A DNA stretch of 63,680 bases, filler included, from Octopus bimaculoides (GCF_001194135.2; 12 parts of 10 records of this genome joined end to end with filler, not necessarily neighbours in it); one strand, 5' to 3'. Positions 1-14,854 are shown, numbered from the whole stretch's first letter. Notes: generated from the sequence alone by a model not told the origin. Translations and numbers: made by a program.

Positions 1-199
1 ATTACATTTATTATTCAATTACATACAAAGAACGCACTCACCCAATGTTCGTTATGAATAAACAAAAGTCATGTCTGCCATATATATCTCAATGACATTT
101 TACTACGACAGTCACACAAGACAACAACAATGAAACAATGAACTCAGACGAACCACAGTGACACACAGAACGTCAGACGAATTACATATCTAACAGTCC

Positions 200-800
200 A
201 TATAACAAGCACTATCTTCAGTAACAATATTATGATCATTCTTAAGATCATTGATGATTTCCCATTCTTTACAGTTGATATTTGATTTGAATTTTGGAAG
301 TGGTAGCCCATAATAAGAAAAAGTGGTTACAAATTACAGAATTTGGTTGCTACCTTTTTCTGGACTGTAATTATGTGTTGGGGTGGATTTTAGCCCTTTG
401 AGAGAATTTGAATTTGTTGGGTTGACAGGGTTTTGTATGATAGATTTATTACCTTTAGAATCTTACAGTAAGACTGCCATTTAATGTCTTGAATTCTAGC
501 CACAGTGTCAAAAAAAATATTCCTTTGGATATTATGGTTGAAGACATCAGTGTCGTAATTAACTGTGTTTATTACAGGCTCTTGGTTGTAATTAATCCTG
601 TCTAAAGTTGTTATTACGATTATAATTTCTGGTGTGTTGTGTTATCTAGTGTCCTAGAAAACCTCTGTTGCATACGTGTAAAAACTTTTGATGAACTTTC
701 TTTGGCATTGTTGTCTGAGCTTTCTCCTTTCATTCTTTCTCTCAATTTGCTCCAGTTGGCTGAGTCTCTTCTTAATGTCATCATACAAATTTATAAAATA
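200..800 (-). mobile_element. Degenerate Penelope-like element ORF remnant (region N-terminal to RT)
   Basis: Minus-strand translation gives VINLSYKTLSTQQIQILSKG* and, downstream, KEWEIINDLKNDHNIV...CYMD. These resemble the PLE motifs VINLS..L...E..VL.KGL and E..AL..L..D..IVI..ADKG....MD. Stops and frameshifts are present. Confidence 0.5.
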
Positions 801-1489
801 TTGATGTATCTTGCAGTATTAGAAATGCCAAATAGAGGATAAAACAAAACTACACAATGCTATTTCATCATTCATATATCATAGTATGTTATACAAATTA
901 ACTTTTTAATTGATTTATTTAATATCTAACAGATAATTAGTTTTTATCATTATATCAAATCATATTTATAAAAATACTAAATTTCCTTTGTACTCATACT
1001 TTTCGACTGGAATCTGAATTCTATGTCTCCTGTATCTTGTATCACTTCCTACTCAGAGCTACTACACTTTTTGGTCCTTTGACTCAGCACAGTCCATCAG
1101 TTTGCACAGATGTAGCAGCTAAGCTATTTATTCCAGATGAGTCTCTATTGCAATAGAGGCACATCTTTCTATAATGATGCAAAGGCACTAAAGTGTTTTG
1201 TGTGACTGGAAGAGGGAAGGGACAAGTGTTTATTGAAGTATACGGCAACCAGATGGATGATATCAGAGAGGGTACTGTGTCCTAATCACCAACTCAGGGT
1301 AACATATTTCTCCATCTGCTTTGAGAAAGCGGGATTGCAGTAATGGTCTAACATAATGTAAGGACCACTGGCTGTCAAACCAGGGTGGAGACAGAGATAG
1401 AGGTGAGTGTAACAATCAGTACCTGAGGTCATTTCACTTGCTCCTTCAGTCATTGATATTATATGGTAATAATATTTTTATCTTTTATT

Positions 1490-1870
1490 TTTTATTTGGT
1501 TCAGTCATTAGACTGCAGCCATGCTGGGACACAGCCTTGAAGAATTTTTTTGTCAAATGAATCAACCCAGTACATTTTTTTAAGCCTGCTACTTATTCTA
1601 TCAGTCTCTTTTTGCTGAGCTGCTAAGTTACAGGGACCAATACTAGTTGTCAAGTGGTGTTGGGAGATAAACACAGATACAAAGGCACACGCACGCACGC
1701 ACGCACACACACACATATATGATGAGCGTCTTTCAGTTTCTGTCTATCAAATCCACTCACAAGGTCTTGATCAGCCTGAGGCTATAGTAGTAGACACTTG
1801 CCCAAGGTGCCACGCAGTGTGACTGCTGCCAAAACTATATGGTGGGAAGCAAGCTTCCATGTAGCTACAC
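1490..1870 (-). mobile_element. tRNA-type SINE, family A (most abundant family in the window)
   Basis: Reverse complement matches the other copies: ...cactgcgtggcaccttgggcaagtgtc...ccttgtgagtggatttg...gaaactgaaaga...(tg)n...cagcatggctgcagtc. Confidence 0.8.
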
Positions 1871-1899
1871 TTGTAATTACATTTAAAAATCCTGTTTCT

Positions 1900-2240
1900 T
1901 GGTGAGAATAAAAACTATCTTCCTGGAGCCAATGAAACACCTGATCACCTACTAATTCGATGTGTTCACCTGATTAGTAAGTGATCAGGTGACTGACTGG
2001 CTTCCTGAAGTTTATTACAAATGGTTTGATCAACTGCATCACAAAACTCCAAGAGCCCTCTTCATTCCTCACACTATAACCATAGTCTCCATCTATGCCT
2101 GAAAATCCCTCCTGGTGCTGTCCAACGTAGTCGTGAAAATCATAGTAATGAAGTTGCTGTCATTTGTTATAGAAGTAGTCTGCCGAAGGTTCTCATGAAA
2201 GCAGTACTGCTGTTCATCTGCCAGCTCTGACTGTGGTGCT
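1900..2240 (-). mobile_element. RTE-clade LINE AP-endonuclease remnant
   Basis: Minus strand reads DFHDYVGQHQEGFSGIDGDYGYSVRNEEG, then LLEFCDA...FRKPVSHLITY after frameshifts. This matches the RTE endonuclease GDFNGHVG...G.RNEEG..LLEFC motif. Confidence 0.65.
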
Positions 2241-2305
2241 TATGCAGTGATAAATTCCGCAGTCACGTCTATAACTAGCCTAAGCTTAATTATTCTATTA
2301 TATTC

Positions 2306-2308
<3 letters not shown>

Positions 2309-2384
<76 letters not shown>

Positions 2385-2410
2385 GTGTGTGTGCATGTGT
2401 GTGTGCATGT
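2309..2410. repeat. (TG)n microsatellite (representative of dozens of TG, TA, TAGA, AAT and GAT tracts in the window)
   Basis: Directly visible dinucleotide run. Confidence 0.95.
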
Positions 2411-3187
2411 TTGCATGCGAAACTTTTTAAAAAGTGCGTCACTAGAAAACAAAATCTAGTACAACCATAAAATAACATTTTTAGTGCTGCTGATATTGAT
2501 GATGGTGGTGGCTGTGGGGATGGTAGAGTTGATGGAACTGATAGAGTAAGATGAAGGAGTGCTAAGCGGGTGTGGTGGTAGTTGTTATGGTCATGTTATG
2601 GTAGTGGTAAGTAGTGCTAACACATTTTTGACCTGCAACGGATGATGACGTCATTGTTTATGATATTGAAGTCAGTGGAAGAGGTGGCAGCACTCCTGTG
2701 GGTAAACGTTTTGGTGAGGAGTAACCATGGATAATGGTGGTAATAGTAGTTGTGCATTAATAAACCCCATTTTCCCCAGCCACCCACATATTTTTTCAAG
2801 CTGAATAATACAATGCCCTCTATGATAACCTCACTATAGCAGGTCAGGTTGTAATGATATCTTATTCACTGTTGTTGTCATTATTGTAAAGCAAGATTTC
2901 CCACATTTGGCACAAAACCAAAACTTAGTAAGAGAGGCTTTTGATTGATTAAATTGAATCCAAGTACTGTGGTGCAAATGGTATCATTAACCCCAGGATG
3001 GATGAAAGATGAAAGTCAACCAAAGGTGCTTTTGGAACTCCTCATACACACAGCACAGCGAAATTTTGTAATACATTATTAGGTCAGCATTCTACACTGT
3101 ATTATTCTACCTTCATACTACCTTTATTGTTCAAATAACAATATTAATAATGACTGTGAATGAATATCAAATCTCTCCATGCTCAGC

Positions 3188-3221
<34 letters not shown>

Positions 3222-3234
3222 GCTGTTGTTGTTG

Positions 3235-3266
<32 letters not shown>

Positions 3267-3470
3267 GGTGGTGGAAAAACAAAAATAGATAAAAAAATTA
3301 ACGAAGTAAAACAAAATGATTTATTGAAGATGAATATAATTCTATTCAGAAGTTACTTAAAACAAAGTAATATCAGGACAAGTCCAAATTGTGGTCCTAA
3401 GTGAATCTACTTATACTGCTATTGCTGCTAATAATTCGATATATGTGTATGTGTGTGTGTGTGTATAAAA

Positions 3471-4857
3471 TCATCATCATCATCGTTTAGCGTCCGCTTT
3501 GCATGCTAGCATGGGCTGGACGATTTGACTGAGGACTGGTGAACTAGATGGCTGCGCCAGGCTCCAATCTGATCTGGCAGAGTTTCTACAGCTGGATGCC
3601 CTTCCTAACGCCAACCACTCCAAGAGTGTAGTGGGTGCTTTTACGTGCCACCCACNNNNNNNNNNCTACAGCTGGATGCCCTTCCTAACGCCAACCACTC
3701 CAAGAGTGTAGTGGGTGCTTTTACGTGCCACCCACACGGTACTGGCAATGGCCATGCTCAAAATGGTGTTTTTTATGGGCCACCTGCACAGGAGCCAGTC
3801 CAGCGGCACTGGCAACAACCTCGTTCGAATGATTTTCTAACGTGCCACTGGCACAACTGCCAGTAAGGCGATGCTGGTAGTGATCACGCTCAAATGGTGC
3901 TATGTACGTGCCACTAGCACGGAAGCCAGACAGCTGCTCTGGCAATGATCACGCTTGGACGTTACTGTTAGTGCTCCACTGGCACAGGTGCCACTCATCG
4001 AATATGGTTCAATTACGATTTCAATTTCACTTGCCCCAACAGGTCTTCACAAGCAGAGTTTAGTGTCCAATAAAGGATGGGTTGGCATGGGTGCCAGTCG
4101 TCCAATTTGGTCCAATTTCGATTTCAATTGACTTGCCTCAGCAGGTCTTTGCAAGCAGAGTTTAGTGTCCAATGAAGTAAAGATATGAATAAGTGAGCTG
4201 GCTACACTTCTGGCAGAGGCCACAGATTATGCTCTCATAGGTTTGCCAGGTCTTCTCACGTACTGCATATTTCCAAAGGTCCTGGTCACTAGTCATTGCC
4301 TCGGTAAGGCCTAAAGTTCGAAGGTCATGCTTCACCACCTCATCCCAGGTCTTCCTGGGTCTACCTCTTCCACAGGTTCCCTCAACCGCTAGGGTGTGAC
4401 ACTTTTTCACACAGCTATCCTCATCCATTCTTGCCACATGTCCATACCAGTGCAATCGTCTCTCTTGCACACCACAACTGATGCTTCTTAGGTTCAACTT
4501 TTCTCTCAAGGTACTTACACTCTGTCGAGTATGTACACTGACATTACACATCCATCGGAGCAAACTGGCTTCATTTCTTGCGAGCTTATGCATGTCCTCA
4601 GCAGTAACGGCCTAAGATTCACTGCCATGTAGCATGGCGGTTCGTACACAAGCGTCATACAGTCTGCATTTTACTCTGAGAGAGAGACCCTTTGTCACCA
4701 GCAGAGGTAAGAGCTTTCTGAACTTTGCCCAGGCTATTCTTATTCTAGCAGCTACACTTTCTGTGCACCGTCCCCCGCTACTAACTTGGTCACCTAGATA
4801 GCGGAAGCTATCAACTACTTCTAGTTTTTCTCCCTGGAATGTGGCAAAGGTTCCCAA
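3471..4857 (-). mobile_element. 5'-truncated RTE LINE: RT C-terminus, 3' UTR and (GAT)n tail
   Basis: ORFs 4612-4857 (LEVVDSFRYLGD...ARIRIAWAKF..LLPLL) and 4162-4593 (RLHWYGHVARM...GRGRPRKTWDEVVKHDL) are typical RTE. The tail is seen as (atc)n at 3471-3485 on the + strand. Confidence 0.9.
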
Positions 4858-4859
4858 CC

Positions 4860-5631
4860 AAGTGTTTTTTCATGCTGGAAACAAATGATTGTCAGATGGG
4901 GCCAAATCAGGAGTATAGAGAGGATGCTCAACCAGTTCAAAGCCACAGTCACACACAGCAGCCGATTAAAATTGAGGACTTGTGTGCAGGAGCATTATCC
5001 TAATGAAACAAGACCCCTTTCATCAATTTTCTTGAGCTTTTGGTCTTGATACTTTTTATGACAGTCTCAGCAAATTGGCATAGTACTCTCCATTAATGGT
5101 ATGTCCCTTTTGAAGGTAGTCAATAAACACAATGCTTTTTTTCATTCCAAAATACTGAAGCCATCACCTTCCCTGCAAATGAAGCAATCTAATCTAAGTC
5201 TTCTTTAGAGCAGGTGAGGAGGGGTGTTTCCACTACATAGATTGTCTCTTTGTCTTTGGCTCAAAGTGATGAAGCCAACACTCATCTTGAGTTGCCCACT
5301 CAAGATGAGTTGCCCACTTTTGCACTGTTGATAAAGCTGGAGTGTCATCCCCTAATGTAGCAAGTATGTCAGCGTGAATGTCCTTGGGTGGGGCTAAAAC
5401 TTTTCTCCTGCAGGTACTTGATAACACTACAATGCCAAATTTTGTTCATTTTCAAGAGAAGTTGCTACTAGTTTCATTTGAAGTCTTCTTTGAACAGTGA
5501 GATGTCAGTGTAGCTGGAAAGAAACAATGCAGTTATTAATAAAGACAGTTGAACTTTATGCATGCAAGATTTCACTGCTCTAGCATCACTCCTTCATAGT
5601 CAGCCTATGAAGTTTTCAACCAACCCTCATA
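4860..5631 (-). mobile_element. Deleted mariner (Tc1/mariner) transposon remnant
   Basis: Minus strand: HTH-like PKDIHADILATLGDDTPALSTVQKWA, WLHHFEPKTKRQS, LFH*DNAPAH and HPLYTPDLAPSDNHLF (the YSPDLAP motif). A TIR-like end tatgagggttggttgaaaacttc lies at about 5610-5631. Confidence 0.85.
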
Positions 5632-8600
5632 TATTCATTGTTGCCCACCAATTGTTATCAACTGATATTGCTTTCTCATTGAATCTTCTGTGGTGGAAGA
5701 GTATCTCCATTAGCTAACACCAACTCCTTTCATACATATCGAGATTCTTGCCACCTCTTTGTCTTTTCCAGTTTAACTCCCTTCTTTTGCTATATTTTTT
5801 TTAATTTATGGGTATGATTGTATGGTTCAGAAGTTTTGCCTTGCAAGCACATAATTTTGGATTCAGTCCCACCGAATGGTACCTTGGGCAAGTATCTTCT
5901 ATGAAAGTCCTGGGCCAACCAAAGCCTTGTGAGTGGATTTTATAGATGAGAACTGAAAAAAACTATGTGTGTGTGTGTGTGTTTCCCTATCCTGACATTA
6001 CATGATAGTTGTGAGCACTCTCATACAAGTGGTGCCCTTAGTTTCTAATCTTCTGTGAAAACATGTTCAGCTCAGAGGAAATATGACCTTATTGGAAATG
6101 AGCAAGGGTTGGCAAGAGGAAGTACATCCATCATCATCATCATCAACATTTAACATCTGTTTTTTATGTTGGCTTGGATTGGGTAGCTTGACAGTAACAG
6201 GCAAGGGGCTGCATCAGTTTCCATAGTCTGTTTTGGTTTAGTGTCTACAGCTGGATGTCTTTCTTAATGCCAACCACTTTACAGAGTGTACTGGGTGCTT
6301 TTTACATGGTACCAACACCAACACCAATGCTTTTCATGTGGCATCTTGGTTTTAGGATATCAATTCTGTTGTGGTGGGTGGGTCATCTTGACTACAGCAA
6401 GGCGCCATGTATCTCAGTCCTCTGTCTCTTTTGAAAGGCTCAGCATTTTGAGATCAACCTTTAATATTTCATCCTTCTATCTGTAGAAAATTTGCCTCAA
6501 TGAATTCCATCCGATCAGATAAAAATGTAAAAGAGAACATTAAAACAATGAAACTGATGATGATAATGTCAATAACACCTTAGTCTGTCTCTTTCCCACT
6601 GTTTCTTTTTCATTCATATGTAAACAAAAACAAAAGTTGTCAGAATAGATACAAACAGTATAATGCTACAAGAATAGTCAATCCATGCAAATGACTGTAT
6701 ATTGTTAGTTAAAACAAAATTGTCTGTTTTGATGTGAATATTGCATTGCTACAGACATAAATTAAAGTTTTCTTGAGAGATGAAAAATGAGCACCAAAGA
6801 AAAAAAGTATATCTTCAGAGAGAAAAAAGCCCCTTCAAAAAACAAAAGATGATCTTTCTGTAAAGTTGCATGAATTGTATTGATACATTACAAATTTCCC
6901 ATAGGAAAAAAAAAAATTATCATAAGAGATATTGGTGGTGTAGGTGCTGATAGTCGGGGTGATAGATTACAAATACTGATGCCTCCATGACAACAATAAC
7001 AACAAAAGTAGTAGGTTTCAGGTGAGAATTAGAGATGACCTATTTTATTCAGATAATGAGAAAGCTACTTAAAACTGGAATCATAAGTGTAAGAATGAAT
7101 GGCAGGTCATAAAGGATTTGTTAAAATCAAGGTCAAGCACACACACACATACCACAATTATCTCTGCATATGTATCAGAATCACAACTGACAGATAAGCA
7201 AAAGGAAATTTTTATGATGCCATCTTGTAGATTACGATGATAAAGAATGGTTGTGACTTTATCATCACAGTTCATGACTTTAATAGATTGTTGGGAAACA
7301 TTATGGTGGCTATTCCAGTATGTATGTTTTAGGACATGATGCAAGGAAAAAAGATTGATTAAGGCTCTTGCAGTTCTGTGATACAATTGACCTAACCATT
7401 TGCAGCACTAACTTCAGCTAGCCACCTGATAACCTATTCACAGGCAAACCAGTTGAACTTCATGTTTATCAGAAAACAAGATAAGCAATTTATTGTCAAA
7501 ACTAAGTCATCTCCCAGGAAATGTACCTCTTAACATAGACTCGAGATCAGCAGCCTCAAGTTAAGCAGGAGATGGACTGAAAGATGTAAGAAATCCTGTG
7601 AAGGATAGTATGGAAGCTGAAAGATACTTTAGTTGGATTAAAGAAATATTAGTTAACATGCATGATGTTTGAAGAAGTTCCAGTTGACATGGTATGATGA
7701 TAAGGAGGAGGATATATATAACATACAGGACAACTCATTATTCTGTGAGACTGCTGTGAGCCATAGACTAGGTCTTTGAATAGAGCAAGGTTCCAGCCAG
7801 TTGAAAGGTGATATATTAGTGGAAAAGCATGGTAGACAGAGCCATAAGGACTAAGATAACCTGGAAATGTTTGAGAAATATGAGGAGCACGTAACAGTGT
7901 TAGATAGATAAAATAGAAGGTAGATATTTGGTATATATAACACAGAGAAACTGAAAGTCAGAGGTTTGTCTCTCTCCTCTGGTACAAGGACCAGAAGTAT
8001 AAGGTGCATCAGTCTGAAAAGCAGTGTGTCAATGTAAATCAAGATGTTGCAACACTACATACTTCCAAACAGCTGCAGCATCAACAACCATAATAGGTTG
8101 TTGTCATTCTATGTAAGGTTTTAAGTCACTGATATGCCAAGAAATCCTACGGTAACAATGCTACAATACAGTGAGTCCATTTTCCCATCCTTGGTGTGGA
8201 TATCCTAAGAAATATCTAGCATATATAAGTAAGACTAGTTTGTTAATGAGAGACATGATATTGCCATGTCACACTGCTTCATGATGGAGTGTACAGTAGA
8301 ATCTCAAATCATACTGAAATGTTTGATTAGCTACTGCTGCCTCTGATGCCTATATGTTTAGGGCAGAGTTAACCAAGAAGATACACAGCAACAACAGTCT
8401 TAACTATAAGCATCACTACCACTATCACCAATATTATTACCAGAAACCAACTAGAGCATCAGTAATTTTCAAATGTTTCAAAAAATTTTACATGCCAGTC
8501 TCCTTATAGTTTTTTTTTTATGATTCAGTCCCCTATAAAAAGCAGGATAAGTAACATGAAAAAAATGACATACTTTCATGTACTGTATTTTCCAGACTAT

Positions 8601-9149
8601 GAACTACACTGCCAATAAACCAGCAAACCCCAAAACCACAATTTAATCCACCCACTCCACCCCACTGGGGTACAATAAATACACATGAAAATATGGGGAG
8701 TCAGTTGATCAAACTGCATAAGACCCATTTATACACATTTGGCAGAAAGAAACCAGAGGTCATACACCAAAAATTACAGTGGTTTTTGAGCTTTTGGCAT
8801 CACCTTTCTCTTTTCCCATGGTTTGAGATGTTATTCCTCCTCATTGGCAAGTCATTCCTCATATTGATTTTCGAAGAGGTGCATTTCAATCAATTTAGCT
8901 ATTTTCGCAGAAGAATTGTAATAGCATCCCAAAATGTACATAAGTTTCTGCCAGTTGGACCACTAGTTTCTGTTAATTGGACCACGGGAAACCATAATTT
9001 TAATAGAAACACCATCTTCTCGTCCTCCCCTGAAGGTTTGTTGTCTCTTTTCCTTAATCTCTGATACATAACATGACAATAAAAAAATTATATAAGAAAT
9101 TATTTACTCACAAAATCAGACCATCTGTCATTTTATTTACAGCAAAGTT

Positions 9150-10430
9150 CAGTGTCATGGATGTACCTGCTTTGCAGCAACCAGCTGTTCTATGTTCAGC
9201 ACTGTTTTGGAGAGGGCAACCCTCATTTCTGCTGTGACATCCAGTCAATTACGTGACTTTGTTTTGATGGCAAAGAAAGTGGAAAACATGATCTCACACT
9301 CATAGGTGGTTGGAAATGGCATCAGTACTTAAAGAACCATCTTTGTGACATCAGGATATGACCGTGCCATTTCAATCCAAAAGTCAAAACAGCACATTTC
9401 ACAGAAAAAAATTTTGCACCTCCATCATTGACCAAATCAATGAACTGCTCTTGATGTAAATTGTCTTCTGTAGGCAGATCACTAACAGAGAGCACAAAGG
9501 GGTTCCTGATAAAGCAGCAATGTTTGTCAAGGTCATGAAGATCAGAAAAATAAAGAGATATTTCTCTGCCAAGTATTGACATGTGTTGTTTCAGGAGTTC
9601 AACAATATCAGACTTGAATCTCATTTTCATCAATTAACATGTTTAGTTGAGGAAATGATGCAAAATTCTTTCCATCCAACTTTTGGTGCCAAAATTCAAG
9701 CTTCATTTTGAAAGCAATTAGTTTTTTATGAGAATGAAGCATGGTTATATCATACTCTTGCAGTAAAAGATTGACGGCATTCACTGACTTGAATGTCCAC
9801 CAAAAATGCCAAGCAGATCAGAAAACGAACATCGGTGAATTTGACATGCAAATCTGGCTTGGCATCTTGTAAAAAAATCGTTGACTTCTTTTTGTAGAAG
9901 GAAGACCCTCTTTATTGTCTTTCTTCTCGAAAGCCATCTCACTTGTGAATGCAACAGAAGTGCTTCGAATTCAAAATCATTTTCTTTGCCCAACTAGGCA
10001 AACAGATGGTAGTTGAGTGTGTTCACTTTGATAAAGATCACCACTGTCATCACATAATTAAGAACATTTTTTAACTCATCAGGCATGGTTTTTCCCCATT
10101 AGTGCTTGTTGATAAGTTGTACAGTGTATACCAATAGCACTGGAGACTTTTCTTTCACCAAATCTGAAAACTAGAATGGCAAGCAAGCATTGCTGGAGCG
10201 CTGTCAGTGCGCACGCCAATGACATGCTCCCGGTTGACATCATGTGCCTCAAAAAACTTGTCCATTTTGTTAAATATTTCCCTTGTGGTTGTTATGGTGC
10301 TGAGGGTTTCACAAAACAGGAATTCATCTTCCAGGTGATTGTTATGTACATAACATACATAAACGCACAGTTGGGCCAAGTTGGCAGCAACCACTCATTT
10401 TGAGTTTCACAATTGTCATTATTTTTATTA
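9150..10430 (-). mobile_element. hAT transposase remnant (Buster/Charlie, ZBED5/8-like)
   Basis: Fragments EDEFLFCETL...EIFNKMDKFF...GVRTDSAPAML, LLLHSQVRWLSR, FIRNPF...EQFIDL and C-terminal LDVTAEMRVALSKTVLNIEQLVAAKQVHP. Frameshifted. Confidence 0.85.
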
Positions 10431-11860
10431 CTTTCCGTGAAAGATTTTTATCCAGTCAGACAACAAGATTTCAAAGCATGTGTTGTCAACTGTAAATGCT
10501 CGTGTCGAAGTGGAAGGGGCAGCAGATCACAAGTTCTGACTCTTATATCTGTGTAAATCTTGTATAATTCAGTGTAAATTAATAAAACTAAGTTTAACAC
10601 ATCAAATTAGCATGCAACATCTTCATTAACGCCACCCACTCACACACATGATAACAAGACAATGCTACATTTTAAACTTGAAAAAAGCCTTGCGTATTTA
10701 TAACGTGCAAGTTATATATGTATGTATACATTTTTGTGCATGTATGTGTATGTGGCTAGGGTTCATTCTTACCACCCAGTCAGAAAACAGGATTTTGTGC
10801 ATGACAGCACGTTTGTCAACTGTAAACACAGACTTGGAAATTTACAGATTTTACATACACAAATGAAGCAGATAAGAACGAACCCCTAGCTGCATACACA
10901 TACATACACAAAAATGCATACGTACATACATAACTTGCACATTATAAAGGCGGAGGTAAAGAATGTGTACACCACTCAATTTTGGTGTCTTTTTTTATCA
11001 AAGATTTTCTTTTATTTCTATGTTTTCGATATAGGAGAATACGATTTTGCCCAAAAATCACGTTTTCAAAATTTTAATTCCCCCACTCCCTCACTAACCT
11101 CAATTTCTTAATTTTTAACATTTTTGAGAATTGTTTTTTTTTTAATCCACATAGAAAAATACAGAGATCACAAATCTGGGAAATTTTCTTTTTAACTTTT
11201 AATTTTTCTTTAAGAAACACTCAATGCCCCTTACACCCACCNNNNNNNNNNNNNNNNNNNNNNNNNNNNNNNNNNNNNNNNNNNNNNNNNNNNNNNNNNN
11301 NNNNNNNNNNNNNNNNNNNNNNNNNNNNNNNNNNNNNNNNNNNNNNNNNNNNNNNNNNNNNNNNNNNNNNNNNNNNNNNNNNNNNNNNNNNNNNNNNNNN
11401 NNNNNNNNNNNNNNNNNNNNNNNNNNNNNNNNNNNNNNNNNNNNNNNNNNNNNNNNNNNNNNNNNNNNNNNNNNNNNNNNNNNNNNNNNNNNNNNNNNNN
11501 NNNNNNNNNNNNNNNNNNNNNNNNNNNNNNNNNNNNNNNNNNNNNNNNNNNNNNNNNNNNNNNNNNNNNNNNNNNNNNNNNNNNNNNNNNNNNNNNNNNN
11601 NNNNNNNNNNNNNNNNNNNNNNNNNNNNNNNNNNNNNNNNNNNNNNNNNNNNNNNNNNNNNNNTATTAATATTTTGAAAACGTGTTTTGGGGACAAAATC
11701 CTAATCTATATTGAAAACAGGAACCTGAAGAAATTTTGGAAAAAAATAAAGTGGGGTGATAGAAATAAAGTTTTTAAATACACTCATCACAAATACGAAT
11801 TACAAAATAAAAGAAAAAGGTCATTTCAATTGAAGTTTTATAATCTATACTGAAGTTTTA

Positions 11861-11899
<39 letters not shown>

Positions 11900-12364
11900 T
11901 GCGTGCGTGCGTGCGTGTGTGTAAAAGAAGTTATTTGTACATACCATTCTGAATTCCAAAAGAAGAAAAACTTTCGGCAAACTCCAGCCATGGTTGTTAA
12001 GCCCCAAACAACTCTGCACACGTATCTATTGTATTGAACATGCAAGAGAAACATGAAAATGTACACATAAATAGGTTATGTTTGCAATTAACTATATAAA
12101 TGATAGCAAAGTTTGTATAAAATGAAATTAAATCCAGGTTTCGTCACAGATCAGGTTAGTAAAGTTTTAACAGTTTTGTGACAACACTAGCAAAAAACAG
12201 TTGGAATTAGCAAAACAGGTGATTACAGGTGAAAACTGTGGAAATTGTGATAATAAAACAAATGTTTTCCTCACCAACTCACCACCACCAAAAATTAATT
12301 CCTCTTCCAAAGAGAGAATGGCATTATCTCTTTCTATCACATTTTCATTAGAATGTATCGATAC

Positions 12365-13262
12365 ACTACTAGAACTGGAGAAAGTTTCATGTGTGGAAGC
12401 AAAGTCTGGAATCAAAGGACCTTAGAGTTGATTTAGTAAAAGTTAAAGTCTTAGTAAGTAGGAAAGCAGACAAGTCACAAATCCCTTCAAGTAGATGGTC
12501 CTGCTTGATATGTAGAAAAGGCATAGGTAGAAACTCCATAGGATGTACTCTGTGCAAATTATGGACACATAAGAGGTGAAGCAATATCAGAGGAAGGTTA
12601 ACAGGGAAAGTAGTCTTTGTGTGTTGCAGATGTACAGGTACAATAAACACTAGAAATGTACAGAAAATAGACTCCATCAAATGCCATTACCTAAGTGACC
12701 AAGTCAGAGTGGAGGTGGATGCTCCGAGAGCATGGCTGCTAGAATAAGAATAAGAATAAGAATAAGCATGATCTTTGAATGTTGGACTTCACAGAGGTGA
12801 TGACAAGTGACTGAGATTTTTGGTAATATGCTGTGCTTCAGAAGACTTGCCAGGCCAAATGAAATCATAGTTGAGCCATTGCCAGTGTCATGTAAATGGC
12901 ACCCATGAAATCGTAATCGTGACTGTTACCAGTACCATGATCTTCAAATGTTGGGCCTCATGGAGGCAATGACCAGTAACAGAGACCTTTGGTAATATGC
13001 TGTGCTTCAGAAGACTTGTCAAGCCAAATGAAAGCAAATGAAATAGTCATGGCCATTGCCAATGTAATGTAAATGGCACCTGTGCTGGTGGCACGTAAAA
13101 AGCACCCATTACATTCTTGGAGTGGTTGGAATTAGGAAGGGTATCCAGCCATAGAAGCCATGCCAAATCAGACTGAAACCTGGTGCAGCTCTCTGGCTTA
13201 CCAGTTCTAGTTAAACCATCTAACCCATACCAGCATGGAAATGATAATGATGATGATGATCC
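12365..13262 (+). mobile_element. RTE LINE fragment (post-RT Cys-rich segment) plus RTE-type 3' end with (GAT)n tail
   Basis: WKQSLESKDLRVDLVKVKVL...WSCLICRKGIGRNSIGCTLCKLWTHKR is homologous to 46559-46900. The 3' part is the reverse complement of the sequence at 3471-3650. Confidence 0.8.
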
Positions 13263-14817
13263 AGTAAGTTTCAAAAATCAATTAAGGTTGTTCATCATTT
13301 TTTCCATCTGCAAAGAAATAGTTAAATATGCCATGTTTGTTTGTCTATTATGTAAGTTTACATACACTATATCTGAAAAATTCTTATCTTTTAATGACAA
13401 CAAAACCTCAATGTTATCACCACCACCAACAACAACACTATCACTATCAACCAGATATTACTAATACAACAATATTTCCAACTTACTAAAACTATTACCC
13501 TCACTATTAAAGGAGCTTCTACATGATCAACCAGCCTGCCAGAAATAGCAGTCATATCCCCTTTAAATCACATCCCACTATCTTATCAAGGTGATTCAGT
13601 TAAAACTACACTTCATGATGTTGTATTAGTTATATGATGTGTGAAAATGCTTAACACAGGATGGTCAAAGCTGGAAAAAGTTTGTTTGATTGGGTTGATT
13701 TGAGGCTAAACAATGACAACACTTTAACCAAAACACTATCATCATGACAAACCAGCATGGAAGCTTCTACATTGCCATTCAGCCTACTAGACATAATAGC
13801 CAATTTTTCTCAATCTACATCCTACTGTTTTAGAAAAAGACATATTGGATGGATTATGTGGTTGTGGGTTTCTTGCATGTAGAAAAACATTGAATGGTCA
13901 TGCCAATCTTAACCCCAATTACAACCATCTCCATCACCTTTAGCACTATCAGGAACAGCAATTACTACCACCAAAGCTTTAAAAAAAATTCAGTAGACAT
14001 TTGCATTCTGCAAATTTAGTTAAAAATCCCCCACCCAGCCTTTTTGTTTGTTTATTTTATGTTTTTCTGCTTTATATCACAAATGTGACTTCCTTTGGAA
14101 AGATCAACTACTACAAAGGTCAGCCTCTATAAAGGTTAACTACTTCAGCAATCGGCAAGTCTATATATATTTGTTATTTTTAGGGTGGTGAAGAGAGAGG
14201 CAACAATGATGCTGCACAGTTATTTAACTCTAGACCACACTGATTTCTCATTAAATTCACTTGTGCAAGAGGGTGAGATATCAATTTTGATATTTGGAGT
14301 GACAAAGGTAGGGAGGGTCAATGAAATAAGTACCAGTAATATATTGCAGTCAATTCAATTGTCCAACTTTTCCTGTCTGTGTAATATTTTCTCGAAAACA
14401 AAAAAAAAATAATAATAATAATGATGATGATAATGATAATAATAATAATAATGATGATGATGACGATGATGATGATGATAATAATATGGCAGCCAACCAT
14501 AGAAACCATGCCAGAACAGACAATGGAGCCTGATACAGCCCCTGGTCATACCAGCTTTGGTCAAACTGTTTAACCCATACCTGCATGGAAAACAAATGTT
14601 AAATGATGATAAGTATGATGATGATGGGTACCTGAGATAACCAGTTTATATGCAAGAAGTGACTTTTAGATAGAGCCAAAGTGTTCTGCCCATCACTTTA
14701 GTGTCAGTGACTTCTCTGTTAATAAAGACAGGTCGTCAGGCCTAAACAGGAGGCAGTTCTCATTTTTTAGAGTCCATATACATTGAGGGTACACCATGAT
14801 ACATCTCCACAACCATC

Positions 14818-14854
<37 letters not shown>

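Noticed and set aside
3586-3735. 70-bp perfect tandem duplication
   Set aside because: The copies sit either side of a 10-N gap, which is typical of an unmerged contig overlap.
8693-9064. 123-aa plus-strand ORF, or a possible minus-strand exon
   Set aside because: No recognisable domain. All minus-strand frames contain stops, and it lies beside the hAT remnant's 3' end.
12171-12365. Exon-like open frame (FCDNTSKKQLELAKQVITGENCGNCDNK...)
   Set aside because: It has a plausible acceptor but no recognisable homology or partner exon, and it runs into an RTE fragment.
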